Positions 19,740 to 32,992 are shown, numbered from the stretch's first letter. The stretch is DNA of 64,000 bases from an uncultured Gemmatimonadaceae bacterium (GCA_963829055.1 CAWHHI010000004.1:384001-448000), one strand, 5' to 3'. Notes: generated by a model from the sequence alone, not told the origin. Numbers and translations: made by a program.

Positions 19740-20576
19740 GCCAGCGTTCGCTCTGACCCGAGCGGCCTGCTCGGTGAGCGCGGTGCCGAGCACGTTGCAG
19801 CACAGCACCGTGAGGAAGATGAACGCGCCGGGGAAGATGCCGAGCCACGGCTCGGAGCTCATCGTCGTCTGCGCCTGGTAGAGCATGTTCCCCCAGCTCG
19901 CGGTCGGCGGCTGCACGCCGACGCCGAAGAAGCTGAGCGCACTCTCGAGCAGGATGCCTCGGCCGACGGCGAGCGTCGTCGCGACGGCGGCGGTCGGCAG
20001 CACGCCGGGCAGGACGTGGCGCATCACGACACGCGTGCGGACGTCGCACCCACCGCGCGCGCCGCGGTCACGAAGTCGTTCGCCTTGATCGACTGCACCT
20101 CGGCGCGGACGACGCGCGCCGTCTCCATCCACCCCGCCGCGCCGACGAGCACGATCAGCAGCGGCACGCTCGGCGTGAGCACCGCGGCGGCGATCATGAG
20201 CAGCGGCAGGCGCGGGACGGACGAGCATGGCGTCGGTGACGCGCATGAGCACGCGCGTCGACCCATCGACCGCGTCCAGCCGGCCGTCGCGCCGATCGCT
20301 GACGCCGATCGCGCACGCTCACGGCGGCCGACACGAGGCCGACCGCGAGCGAGACGCGCGCGCCGAACAGCACGCGCGTGAACAGATCGCGCCCAAGCTC
20401 GTCGGTGCCGAACCAGTGTGCAGCGGACGGCGCCCGCGCCGATGCGCGAGGTCGAGCGCGTCGAACGCGTACGGCGCGATCAGCGGCGCGAGCGCCGCGA
20501 GCACGACGAGCGCGACGAGGACTCCGACGGCGACGGCCGCCTGACGCGGACGATCGCGATCGGCTCGCGGCCTCAC
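19740..20576 (-). CDS. Peptide ABC transporter permease, DppC/OppC-like (frameshifted)
   Basis: [43 protein letters not shown]. Confidence 0.85.
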
Positions 20577-21526
20577 GCCGCGTCCCGCGTGCGCGGGTCG
20601 AGCGCGTGCACGGCGACGTCGGCGAGGAAGCTCAGCATCACGACGGCGACCGACGCGCACATGAGGAACGCCATGAGCACCGTGTAGTCGCGCTTCGCGA
20701 GCGCCTCGGTGAACAGGCTGCCAATGCCCGGCCACGCGAACACGCTCTCGGTCACGACCGCGCCGGACGCCATGATCGACGCGTCGAGCAGCACGACGGT
20801 CGCGAACGGCAGCAGCGCGTGCCGCAGCGCGTGGCGCAGAACGATGCGGCGCTTCGCTCACGCCACGGGCGCGCGCGGCGTTCGCGAACGGCTGCGCGAG
20901 CGCGAGCCGCAACCGAGCCGCGCAGGTAGCGCGACCAGCCCGCGGCGTGCGCGACGGCGAGCACCGTGACCGGCAGGACGAGGTGCGCGAGCCGATCCGC
21001 GAAGTCCGCCGCCGCCGAACGACGCCGTCCCGACGACGGCAGCCAGCCTAACGTGTTGCTGAACAGCGAGCTGCAGCACGAGCCCGAACCAGAACACCGG
21101 AAGCGAGAGGCCGGCGACCGCGACGACGCTCGCCGCTCGATCGACGCCGCGTCGCAGCGCGGCTCGCGATGCCGACGACGATGGAGACGAGCACCGCCAG
21201 CGATCGTCGACACGCCGACGAGCTGCAGCGTCGCCGGGACGCGCTCGAGCATGCGCTCGAGCACCGGACGGCCGTCGGCGTAGCTGTAGCCCCAGTCGCC
21301 TCGCACGAACGCGCCAGAGCCACGAGAGGTACTGGGCGCCGAGCGGCCGGTCGAGCCCCATCGCGCGCCGCAGGCGCTCGATGTCCTCGGGCCGGACGTT
21401 CGGGTTGTCGAGGTAGAGGCTGAGCGGACCGCCCGGCGCCGCGTGGATCAGCGCGAAGACGAGCAGGGACACGATGAGCAGCAGCGGGACGGCCTGCGCG
21501 AACCGGCGGGCGGCGAACCGCATCAC
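20573..21526 (-). CDS. Peptide ABC transporter permease, DppB/OppB-like (frameshifted)
   Basis: [42 protein letters not shown]. Confidence 0.88.
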
Positions 21527-21576
21527 GTATGCAGGATCACGGGTGCGGACGCGGGCACGTTAGGCCGCAGCGACCG

Positions 21577-23240
21577 TCACCGCTTCGCGGCGGCGAGTTC
21601 CCACTCGTGCACGTTCCAGAACGGCCCGGCGTTCGTCGGATTGCCCTTGAAGTTGCGCAGCGCCGCCGGCACGGCGTCGATCTTGGCCGTGTTGTACAGC
21701 ACGAGCTCCGGCACCAGCTCCGCGACGCGCCGCTGCGCCGCACGCAGCAGCTCGCGCGCGCTTCGCCTGATCGACCGTGCGATCCGACGCGTACAGCACG
21801 CGCGTGAGCGAGTCGTCCGCGAAGTAGTTGATGTTGCGCCCCGCCGGCGGCGTACGGTCGGCGGCGAAGAACAGCGTGATCTCCGGGATCGGCGCCGGAC
21901 TGCCACCAGTGCAGCATCGCGTCGAAGTCGCCGCTGAACCACACCGAGCTGATCGACGTGCCGTCGATGAGCTTGACCGACGCGTTCACGCCGACGTCGC
22001 GGAACTGCCGCTGAATCGCCTGCGCGACGTTCTCGCGAATCGCGAACCCCGCCTGCGTGATGAGCGTGAACGCGAGCGGCTTGCCGTCCTTCGCGCGAAT
22101 CCCGTCGGCGCCGCGCTTCCAGCCCGCCTCGTCGAGCAGACGATTCGCCGCCGCGGTGTCGTAGTCGTACCGCGTGACGTTAGGCTCGTACGCCCACGAC
22201 AGCGGCTGGATCGGTCCGTTCGACCGTCGTGACGAGGCTGTCGAGGATCGTCCGCACGAGCAGCTCGCGGTCGATCGCGTGCGCGAGCGCCTGACGCACG
22301 CGCACGTCCGCGAACGGCGGGAAGTGTTTCTCGTTCAGCGTCACGTGCTCGTAGCCGTTGCCGAGCACCTGGTTGAGGCGCACGCCGGCAGCGTCCCGCA
22401 GCTCGCGCACCTTGTCCCACGGCACGAGCGCGACGAGGTGCACCTCGCCCGACTTGAGCTGGTTGATGCGCGTCGTCGTGTTCGGCGAGGAAGCGAAACA
22501 GGATGCGGTCGATCTTCGGATACTCGGCGCCGCGCCAGTAGTCCTTGGACCTTCTCGAGCAGCACGTACTCGCCGGTCTTCCATTCGGCGATCCGATACG
22601 GACCGGTGCCGAGCGGGTTGCGGTTGTAGTCGTTCGCCTTGTCGATGTCGCGGCCGTCGAGCAGGTGCTTGGGCAGCGTGCCGCGGAAGAACTGCATCTG
22701 ATAGGGCGCGTAGACTTCCTTGTAGTGCACGACCGCCGTGAGCGAATCCGGCGTGTCGACCGACGCGATGCGGTCGAAGCCGTCGGTGCTCTCGGGCTTC
22801 CAGTCGCCCTTGTTGATCGCGTCGACGGTGAACTTGACGTCGGCCGACGTGTGCGGCTTGCCGTCGTGCCACTTCACGCCGGGCCGCAGCTTCCACGTGA
22901 CGTCCATGCCGCCGTCGGGGCGCAGCTACGACGCCGCCGTTCTCGAGCGTCGGAATCTCGGCGGCGAGCACGGGCACGACGTTCATCTTCTCGTCGCTCG
23001 TGACGAGCCCTTCGACGACGCACGACTGGATGTCCTCGAGGATGTGCGTCGCGTAGCGGTTCATCGTGTCGGGCTCGCGATCGTAGCCGACGATGAGCAG
23101 GTCGTTCGACGGCGCCGGCGCGGTTGCCGCCGTCCTTGCGCAGCCAGCGCTGCGAGCGCAAGGCCGAGGAGAGTCGACGCAAGCCTGTCATTCCGAGCGG
23201 AGCACCGAAGCGTCGCGGAGTCGAGGAATCGCGCTCATCC
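21577..23240 (-). CDS. Peptide ABC transporter substrate-binding lipoprotein, family 5 (frameshifted)
   Basis: KLRPGVKWHDG..TSADVKFT, PLGTGPY, DVRVRQALAHAIDR, WNVHEW. Confidence 0.88.
23186..23231. repeat. Single arm of the TGTCATTCCGAGCG REP-like family, at the SBP 5' end
   Basis: tgtcattccgagcggagcaccgaagcgtcgcggagtcgaggaatcg aligns with 6231-6274. Confidence 0.8.
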
Positions 23241-23259
23241 CGGTCGAGGGACGAGCCTC

Positions 23260-24982
23260 GAGTCATCATGCGCGCGACGAGCGGAACCGGAATCGACCCG
23301 TAACCGAGCAGCTCGTCGTGAAACCGCCTGAGCGAGAACGCGCGCCCCTTCACGCCGCTTGCATCTCGGCTCGCAGGTCGTGAATCGCCTGCGTGCCTAA
23401 CCAGTACATGATCGCCGTACACGGAAACATCGAATTCTTGACGGCCTCGGCCCGCGCGGCGTCGGTCGCTCATTCCGACCTGCTCGACGTAGAACCGCAC
23501 AGCATCCGTCGAACGACATCGTTCGCTGATGCAGCTCGATGTCGACGATCGCCCGCGCGAGCAAGCGCACGCGCGAGTGCTGCTGCGACACGCGCTCGAG
23601 CGGCGTGAGGAACCCGAGCTCCTCCATGAGCTCCGTCGCGTAGCACGCCCACCCCTCGGCCATCGTGCCGCCGCAGAACATGCCGATGCGGTTCGCGCAG
23701 TCGACGGCGGCGACCTTGCCCGACGCGCGATCGCGTGCTGATGATAGGCGTGCCAGTTCTGCACGTGATGGCCGATCGCGCCGTGGTGCACGACGTGATT
23801 CAGCTTGATCGTGCTGTGGTTCCACACGCGGAGATGCTGCTCGGCCGCGTCGGGCTCCGCCGGCAAGCGGCGGCACGACGTAGTCGTACGTCGTGTACGG
23901 GTCGAACGGCGCCGGCGATCGGTAGTACAGATAGTAGAGGTACGGCGCGGCGTCGGCGGTCCACGCGGGGAAGGGGACGTAGCGAATGGGCCAGTCGGGC
24001 CAGTGACGACGTTCGCCGCCTCGGCGCGCTCGCGGCACGCGCGCCCACGTCTCGTGAAAGCCTCGAGAGTACTCGTCAGGCGACGGGTGATCGGCCGCGA
24101 GCTGGGCCTGCACGTCCTGCCCACGAGCCGGCGACCGTCGCGCGCCATCGCGTCGAGCTCGCGCGCGCTCGGCCGTCGAATCGCTCGCGCACCTCGGCGA
24201 GCAGGTCGGCGCGCGAGCGCGTGCAGTGATGACCGCGCGAGAGCAGCAGGTCGAACAGCTCGGGGCCGCACGCCATCGCCGTCGTCGGGAGCCGCCGGGT
24301 GGCGCCCGCAGCCAGCGTCGCGAACGCCCGAAGCGCCGGCTCGCGCTGCGCGGCCGCGTGATGCAGCACTGCGATCGCGTGCGTCGGCGCCGAGCGCGAT
24401 CCACGCCGCGATCCATCGTCGCGATGCCGCTGCCCGAGCAGATCGCGGCGCGCCTGTCGCACATCGCGCAGTGCGCGCGGTCGACGTCCACGGCTCGTCG
24501 GCGAGCGGCGCGACCGACGGCGACGCCTGGCTCGTCGACGCAGTGTCATGCCACGCGGCGTCGAGGAACGCCGGCAATGCCTCGAGCCGTCGCAGCCGCG
24601 ACTCGATCCGCTTCGCAGTCGGCGCGAAGTCGCGGATCATCAGCGAGATGATCGAGAAGACCGCTTCGCCCGTCCACAGCGCCGGATTCCCTCGCGGCCC
24701 ATGCAGGCTCGCATTCTCCGCGCGCTGAATCTCGAGAAAGCCGCGCGCGAGCTCGGCGTCGAGCAGCTCCGGACTGTTCGCGAAAGCCGCGGCGCGACGC
24801 CGGCGCCGGATACTCGCGCGCGAGCTGCCGCGCCTAACGACTGCATCTCGTCGTCCAGCGCCGCGAGCCCGTCGGGCGACCAGTCGGGAAGCCGGTCGTC
24901 GTAGTCGTGCACGCCGGTGAACGTCGCGTTCACCGGACGCCGCGCGTAGTAGTGGTCGAAGAAGTCGTCGATGCGCCGTCAC
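23260..24982 (-). CDS. DUF885 family protein (frameshifted)
   Basis: NATFTGVHDYDDRLPD, HHGAIGHHVQ, MAEGWACYA, FHDELL.YGSIP. Confidence 0.8.
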
Positions 24983-24992
24983 GCCGCTGCGC

Positions 24993-26140
24993 TCACCGGG
25001 CCAGCGGAATCGACACCCAACGCCGCTCGCGAAACGACAGCTCCACGGCGTTGATCAGCTCCTGCACGTGCGCGCCGTCCTCGAAGTTGCCCTCGTTCTC
25101 CGGGCCGTCGCTCAGAATCTCCGAGATGAACGAGCTGCACGAGGTTCGCGTAGAACAGCGATCGCCACGACTCGCGCTTGCTGCCGCCCGGCGGATAGAA
25201 CCGCTCGGGCACGTCGAGCTCGCGGAACTCGACCTGGTCCGCCGTCGCCGCCTTGAGCGACTCGCAGATGCCATTCTCCTCGACGAGCCGGCAGATGAGC
25301 GCGCCCTTGCTGCCGTAGACGCGCGCCTCGAGCCCCGGGTAGTTCCCGACGGTCACGAAGCTCGTCTGAATCGAGCCTAACGCGCCACTCGCGAACTCGC
25401 CGATGAAGATGTCGCCGTCGTCGATGTTCATGCGCATCATCTGACCCGTCGCGCGCACGACGCGCTCGGGGATGAAATTCTTCATCGTCCCGACGACCTG
25501 GCTGAACCGGCTGCCCATGAACAGGTGCCCGAGGTCCATGATCGGCGCGCCGTAGCCCTCGAGCGACGACACCTGAATCACCGACTGATCGGCCTCGTGA
25601 TCCACCTGACGCAGCGGGTTCTGCGGATCGAGCCACTGCGAGTTCTGCTCGTAGCCGTTGAAGATGAACGGCGTGCCGACGAACCCCTGGTCGATGAGCT
25701 CCTTCATGTACTGCATCGCCGGACTGTAGCGGAACGTGAAGCCGAGCTTCGTCTTCACGCCCTTCTCGCTTCGCGAGCGCCGCGGCGCGCAGCGTGTCGC
25801 GATAGTCGTACGCGACCGGCTTCTCGCACAGCACGTGCTTCCCCGCCTCGAGCGCCGCCCAGCTCAGCTCGAAATGCGTCGCGCTCGGCGTGCAGACGTC
25901 GACGAGGTCGATGTCGTCGCGCGCGATCAGCTCGTCGTGCGAGTCGTACACGTTGGGTATGCCGAACTTCTCGGCGAACGCCCGCGCGCGCTCGACGACG
26001 GGATCGGCGATGGCCACGAGCTCGCAGCGCGGGTCGCGCTTGTAGCCGGGCAGGTGCGCGAACTCGGCCCACGCGCCGGCACCGAGCACGCCGACGCGCA
26101 CGCGCCCGTCCACGCGAGCTTTCGCTGACGCGGTCGTCAT
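24993..26140 (-). CDS. Gfo/Idh/MocA family oxidoreductase (frameshifted)
   Basis: GVLGAG.WA..H, DLVDVCTP..H, GKHVLCEKP, GFTFRYSP. Confidence 0.9.
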
Positions 26141-27894
26141 TCGATCACCGCGCCCGTGTCGCCCGGCAGCAGCAGCTGACGTTGCGCCCAGATCGGCGCG
26201 ATGCCATTCGTCATGAATCGCTCGTGGAATTCGCGCAGTGAGAACTTCGCGCCCATGCGCTTCTGGTAGTCCGCGCGCAGCTTGAGGATCGCGCGCTTGC
26301 CGAGGAAGTAGCCACCGTACGTCGGGTCGTACGTCGCCGCGCTCGGCCTCTCGCTTCGCGGCGGGCGCGGCGACGTACGCGTCCTTCTCGAAGCAGCGCT
26401 GCGCATCGGCGAGCGTCCACTGCTTCGTGTGCAGCTTGATGCCCGACAGCAGCCGACAGATGCGCGTCAGCGCGTCGCTCACCTGCGCGAGGCGCAGCTT
26501 CGGATCGCCGTTCCGATAGCCCTTCGTCGAGCACCATCTGCTCGGCGTAGTGCGCCCATCCGTCCTGACCCGACGACGGCTGCGGAAACGGATTCAGCCC
26601 GATCCAGATGCGTCGCACCTTGCCGGGCGTGCGACGCATGTAGGTCGAGTGCAGCCAGTGCCCCGGCATCGCTTCGTGCGCGGACGTGTTCGTCAGCGAC
26701 GCGTAGTTGTACCGCTCGAGCCACGCCTCCTGCTGCGGCTGGCGACAGTCCCGGCTGCGCATCCGTGATGTAGTAGATGCTCTTCACCGGCGTCTTCTCG
26801 AGCGGCGGCGACGCGTGCATCGACGCGAAGCCGAGGTCGAACGGCAGCGCCGGCGCGACGATCACGCGTTCGTTAGGTGGCAGCGACGCGATGCCGCGCG
26901 CGACGACGAACGCCGACAGCGAGTCGACGATCGCCTGCGTCGCGGCGACGACGCCGCCCATCTTCGGGTGATCGCGTCCGCACGTCCTGCCAGACCGTCA
27001 CGGGATCTCGCGCCCGGGGCGAGCTTTGCCGCGGCCGCACGAAACTCGGCCTGCGATCGCGTCAGCTCGCGCTCGCCGATCGCGACCATCGTGTCGAGCG
27101 GCGTGTCGATCAGCTCCTCGGCGAGATAGCGCCGAGCGACGTTCGCCGCGCCGATCGTGAAGTCGCCGGTCGCCTTCGGAATGACGTCTTCTCGAGGTAC
27201 GCGACGTACGCGGCGATCTGCGGGATGGCGACATCGGCCGCCCGCCGCAGCGAATCGCGCAGCGCAGCGTTAGGCTCGGAGGCGAAGGCGAGGTCGAGAT
27301 CGTGACCGAGCATGTCGTGCGCGCCGCGCATGATCGCCGCACCACGCTCGGCGAAGAGGCGTGGCGGGTTGATGACGTTCGTCCTCGCGGCGGCGAGGAA
27401 CGCCGGACGCTGACGCGAGCTTGGCTGATGATCCGACGCATGCGAACCGGCGCGGGATCGCTCGCCATCGTCATCAGATTGTGCACGCCGTCGGCGAGCG
27501 CCGACGCGTAGAGCATTGGATTCCGCGCCAGTTCTGGAGCGTCTCCTGCTCGAGCAGCCACCCGTCGATGATGCCGAGCAGGATGCGCTGATCGACGCGC
27601 TCGTCGGGCGTGAGGCTGTTCGCGTCGAAGCGCGCGAAGTCGGGCGGCATCGCGCTTGAGCGCCGCGATCTCGGCCGCGATTCCCGCGGCCGAGAAGTCG
27701 TCGAGCCGATCGTCGTGGTCGTGAATGCCGTTTCCGGCGGCGATCGACGGATGGCGCCGCGCGAAGTCGTCGAGATATCGGTCGACGAATCGCGCGAACT
27801 CCGTGGACTGCTGCGGCTGGGTGGCGCCGAGCGGAACGACCGCGAGCGCGATGAGCAGGAGACGCGTGAGTGATCTCAAGGCGACGATCTGCAC
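26137..27894 (-). CDS. DUF885 family secreted protein (frameshifted)
   Basis: Signal peptide; GIHDHDDRLDD; HEAMPGH; DGWAHYAE; YFLGK..LR; FHE. Confidence 0.85.
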
Positions 27895-28116
27895 GAGGGC
27901 GGTGGAGCGGGGTCGCCAAAGGTGCGCGCGCGCTGCGGTCGCAAATCGCGCTGACCGGCGTGCGATTCGAGCGCGCAGCGTCCGCCCAATTGCGTCGGGT
28001 CAGCCGTCCGCCATCGCCATCGCAGAAACGCCGTCGGACGCGGCGAACGGAGCTGGACGGGAACGATGCATACTCGAGGTCGATCGCCTCAGACCCCACG
28101 AGACCCAGTGTCAGCT

Positions 28117-30224
28117 CGCCTTGATCCTGACCGCCTTCGATTCCGACTCGCCATCGGAGCTGCGCTTCGCGCCGCATACGTCGCCGGCTGCCTGGCTCCG
28201 GCTCGCTCGCAGAGCGCAAGTCCGTCGACTGGCCCGTCTACGGCGGCACGACGCGACAACACCCACTACTCGACGCTCGATCAGATCACGCCGGCGAACG
28301 TCAAGCAGCTGCAGGTCGCGTGGACGTACGAGACGCACGATGAGTTTCCGGGCTCGGAGATGCAGTCCAATCCCGATCGTCGTCGACGGCGTGCTGTACG
28401 CGACGACGCCGAAGCTCCGCGTCATCGCGCTCGACGCGGCGACGGGCGAGGAGCTCTGGACGTTCGACCCGAACACGATCGACCCGAAGACGGGGCGATT
28501 TCGGCATCGCGGCGTGACCGTGTACCGCGACCGCGTGTTCGTCACCCACCGCAACAACCTCTGGGCGCTCGACAAGAAGACCGGCAAGCCGATCCCGACG
28601 TTCGGCGACAGCGGGCGCGTGGACCTGCGCAAAGGACTCGATCGCCCGTTCGAGTCGCAGTCGGTGAGCGCGAGCACGCCGGGCGTCATCTTCGACGGCC
28701 TGCTCATCATCGGCAGCACGGTGAGCGAGAGCCTGCCGTCGTCGCCCGGCGACATTCGCGCGTACGACGCGATGACCGGCGAAGATCCGCTGGATCTTCC
28801 ACACGATTCCGCGACCCGGCGAGTTCGGCTACGACACGTGGCCGCCTGACGCCTACAAGGTTTCCGGCGGCGCGAACGCGTGGGCCGGGCTGACGGTCGA
28901 CCACAAGCTGGGCATCGTCTTCGGCGCGACCGGCTCTGCCGCGTTCGACTTCTACGGCGCGAACCGACACGGCGACAACCTGTTCGCGAACAGCGTGATC
29001 GCGCTCGATGCGCGGACGGGCAAGCGCGTCTGGCACTTCCAGACGGTCAAGCACGACCTCTGGGACATGGACCTCCCATCGCCGCCGACGCTCGTCACCG
29101 TCAGGCGCGACGGCAAGACGGTCGACGCCGTCGCGCAGATCACGAAGACCGGCTTCGTGTTCGTCTTCGACCGCAAGACGCGGGAAGCCGCTGTTCCCGA
29201 TCGAGTATCGCAAGGTCCCGCGTCGACGCTCGACGGCGAGCGCGCAAGCACGACGCAGCCGGTCCCGCGTCAAGCCGCCGCCGTTCGTTCGGCAGACGCT
29301 GACCGAGGAGATGCTGACGAACGCGCACGCCCGAGGCGCACGCGTCGGCGCTGAAGACGTTCCGCGAGTACAAGTACGCCGGGATGTTCCAGCCGCCGAG
29401 CCCGGATGGGCTCGATCGTCTTCCCCGGCTACGACGGCGGCGGCGAGTGGGGCGGTCCCGCGTTCGATCCGGAGACGGGGCTGCTCTACGTCAACGCGAA
29501 CGAGATGGCGTGGCTCCTTCGAAGTGATGCCGCGCAATGACCACTCGCTGTACAAGAGCGCAGTGCGCGAGCTGTCACGGCGACGACATGAAGGGCAGCG
29601 CGAATGGCGCCGTCGCTGCTCGACGTCGCGCAGCGCCACTCGCGCGAGGAGCTCGCGACGATCATTCGCCAGGGCACGGGCCGCATGCCGGCATTCGCCG
29701 AGATGCTCGAGGGCGGCGGCGATCAACGATCTCGTGAACTTCCTCGTGACCGGCAAGGACGTCGCCGACACGGCGACGACGAACCCGAACTTCCTCAAGT
29801 ACCGCAACAACGGCGATCCGATCTTCCTCGATCACGAAGGCTACCCGGGCATCACGCCGCCGTGGGGCACGCTGAACGCGATCGATCTGAACAGCGGGCG
29901 AGATCCGCTGGACGATTCCGTTCGGCGAGTATCCGGCGCTCGCGGAAAAGGGCATCGAAGAACACGGGCACCGACAACTACGGCGGCCCGGTCGTGACGA
30001 CGAATGGTCTGCTGTTCATCGGCGCGACGACGTACGACAAGAAGTTCCACGTGTTCGACAAGCGGACGGGCGAGCTGTTGTGGGAGGCGGAGCTTCCCGC
30101 GTCAGGCAACGCGACGCCGTCGCTGTACGTCGTGAACGGCAAGCAGTACGTCGTGATCGCGTGCGGGGGAGGCAAGAACGGCGCGCCGTCGGGCGGGACG
30201 TTCGTGGCGTTCAGCCTGCCGTAG
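28117..30224 (+). CDS. PQQ-dependent (glucose-type) dehydrogenase with cytochrome c insert (frameshifted, start uncertain)
   Basis: [67 protein letters not shown]. Confidence 0.9.
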
Positions 30225-30305
30225 GGACGGGACGGGCAGCGGGACGGGATCTGGCGACGGGAGCCGGTAGAGGCCTTCCGGTCTCCCGTTCCCGTTCCCG
30301 TCCCG
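30225..30305. repeat. Inverted short repeats (GGGAC)n / (TCCCGT)n
   Basis: Between convergent genes; probable hairpin. Confidence 0.6.
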
Positions 30306-30309
30306 GCAG

Positions 30310-30816
30310 TTAGATCTTCGGCTGTCGTACGCCCAGTGCAACAGCGCCTGCCGCTGTCGCCTCCGACACGTTAGGTCTCGCGGCCGGCAGCCGCGTCTTG
30401 ACCTGCGCCACGTGTCGCGCGATCTGACGCCACCGGCGAATCTGCCGGTCGTCGTCGAGGCAGCGACGTCCCAGGTAGTAGCGGCAATACCACTGGAACC
30501 AGCCGCGCGGGTCCTCCTCGTAGATCCACCCCTTCTTTCGCCACACCGCGAGCGGCTGCGACGCGCGCACGCCGAAGTAGTTGAGCTTCGCGTCGTATCG
30601 CTCGGGCGAGAGCTTCGCCCGCGCGAACCAGCTCGCGGGAAACTCGCCGCGGCAGTCCGTCATGTACTTCCCGCCGAACACGCCTAACGCGAGCATCTCG
30701 GGCGGCGTGAGCTGTGGCTCGAACCCAGACTCGAAGTTGCGGCCGGTGGGCTCCGTGAGAAGATACGTGTAGCCCTGCTGCATGAGGTCATTGACGACCA
30801 TGCGGCGGGGCTTCAT
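30310..30816 (-). CDS. Conserved hypothetical protein (frameshift near 3' end)
   Basis: LTP.EML.LGVFGGKY, NYFGV.AS, DPRGWFQWYCRYY.GRR..DD.RQI.RW. Confidence 0.8.
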   Translation of the reverse strand: MKPRRMVVNDLMQQGYTYLLTEPTGRNFESGFEPQLTPPEMLALGVFGGKYMTDCRGEFPASWFARAKLSPERYDAKLNYFGVRASQPLAVWRKKGWIYEEDPRGWFQWYCRYYLGRRCLDDDRQIRRWRQIARHVAQVKTRLPAARPNVSEATAAGAVALGVRQPKI

Positions 30817-31548
30817 GCGAGACATGCTTCCTCGAACCGCTTTCGGAGCTCTGCCCAACCACTCACCGCGATCTCCGGCGCGTCAGAGTGGACCGCGTTA
30901 GGCGGGCGCAGCCAGACGGCCGCGAATCCCGGCCGCCTGTGCGCCCGCGACATCCGTATCCAGCCGGTCGCCCACGAACCAGATGTCACTCGGCGCGAGT
31001 CCAAGTCGCGCGGCCGCGGTGTCGAACAGCATGGGATTCGGTTTCCGGACGACGTAGTCGGCCGACACCATCACGAATGCGAGATGGGCTGCGAGGCCGT
31101 GTTTAGCGAGGTCGCGCCGGATCACGTCGGCGCTGAACGACGCGTTGCTGACGACCGCCATGAGCACGCCCGCCGCGTGAAACGCGTCCAGCGCCTCGCG
31201 CGCGCCCGGGATTGGGCGCGTCGCCATCGACGCATCCCAGAACCCGCGCTCGAGCTCCGCCATCGACAGGCGAAACCGCGTACCCAGGTAGTCGTGAATG
31301 AGGCGCGTGAGTGAAGTCCACGGCGCCTCGACGCCGAATTCGTCGCGTCGCTCGGAGACTTCGGCCAACACGCGCTTCGCGCGCGCCATCACCACGTCGA
31401 CGGTGACATCAGCGCGCAGGTTCGTCGCCTGCGCGAGCAGCCACTCGTTGCCGGCGCGCAGGTCGAACCGACCCTCCTCCACGAGCGTCCCGCCGTAGTC
31501 GATCAACAACCCCTTCGGCCGTCTCACGCGTTGGGGCTGCTCGGTCAC
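30813..31548 (-). CDS. HAD family hydrolase (frameshift near 3' end)
   Basis: DYGGTL, VVSN, RKP..F, VGD..DVAGA..AG. Confidence 0.88.
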
Positions 31549-31570
31549 TCGGCGTTCCTCGTCCGCGTCC

Positions 31571-32992
31571 TCATGGCGCGACGGCGGCAGGCGCGCGCAG
31601 CAACTTCGCGCGATCCGCGCCGGTGAACAGTCGGCCGTTGGCGACGACGGCCGAGATGCGTCGCGTGTTGCCGATGTCCTGGAGCGGATTCGCATCGAGC
31701 AGAACGAGGTCCGCGAGCTTCCCGGTGGCGATCGTGCCCGCGGAATCGAGCATGCCGAAATACCGCGCGGGCTCGATCGTCGCCGCGCGCAGCACCTCGA
31801 ACGGCGACATCCCGCCGCGAGCGAGCAGCGTCATCTCCTCGTGCAAGGCCGAATCCCGGCGGACTGTTGCGCAGCGGGGCGTCCGTGCCGGTGAGGATGT
31901 GCACGCCGGCGCGCTGCATCGTCGCGACCTGACGCAGCCGCTTCTCGAGCATCGCGCGCCCAACCGAGTCGGCGTTAGGCGGGATGCTGTCCGGCATCGG
32001 GAAGATCTGCGCCACGTAGTCGCGGAGCAGCTTTCGGCAGGTAGTGCGCGAGCGTAGTCGCCCGGAACCGCGTGCGTTGGCCACATCGCGACTTCGACCT
32101 GCGCCGTGAACGTCGGCGTCACGTACGTCCCGTTGCGAACGAACTTCGCGTACAGCGGCGCGAGGTCCTCGGATCGAGCACCGGCCTAACGCCGTTTGTA
32201 CCGTGAAGCGCGGCTGGAGCGCGACCGAATCCGCCGGCGTGCAATCGAGCCGGAATCGCGAGCAGGTGCTCGATGCTCTTCTGTCCCGAGTCGGACGCGG
32301 CCGCCGACCCGACCGACGCGCGGCACGTGTCCGGCGAACACCATGCCACGCTCCCGCGCGCGCCGAGCGATCGCGAAGTACGCCTCCGCGTTGAGCTGCG
32401 AGTGAACCTTGATGAAGTCCACGCCGAGCGCGACGAGCGAGTCCACTCCAACGCGCGCCTCGGCAGCGTTGCGGGCGAGCAGGTGCGGGATCGGCACGTC
32501 GCCACCCTCGAGGTACGGGCCCGACGCGATTATCCGTGGGCCGACGAGCTGGCCGCGGGCGATCTCCGCCGCGCCACGTCGTGAGGGTGTCCCAGTCGCC
32601 GGCCATGTCGCGCACGCCGGTCACGCCGTTGGCCACGTAGAGCGGCAGGAGCTCACGGCCGCCGGCCATCCAGCGATCGCGGTGTGCACGTGCATGTCCC
32701 AGAAGCCCGGGACGAGAAATTTTCCTCGGCCGTCGATGACGCGAGCGCCCGCCGGCGCGGGAGTCGAGCGCGAGGGCCCGGCCGCGACGATACGATTGCC
32801 GCGAATGACGACCGTCTGGTTAGGCACCGGCGTCGAGTCGCGACCGTCGATCACGGTGACCCCCGTGAACGCGAGCGGGGTCTGTGCGCTCGCCGACGCC
32901 GCGGGCGACGCCAGCATGAGGCTGCCCGTCATCGCCGCCGCAATGCACGCCAGGGTAGCGGCCCCGATGCGGCGTTGGCTCCTCTGAGGCAA
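31571..32992 (-). CDS. Secreted amidohydrolase family protein (frameshifted)
   Basis: PGFWDMHVH, ANGVTGVRDM, GTDAP, GKLADLVLLDANPL. Confidence 0.88.
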
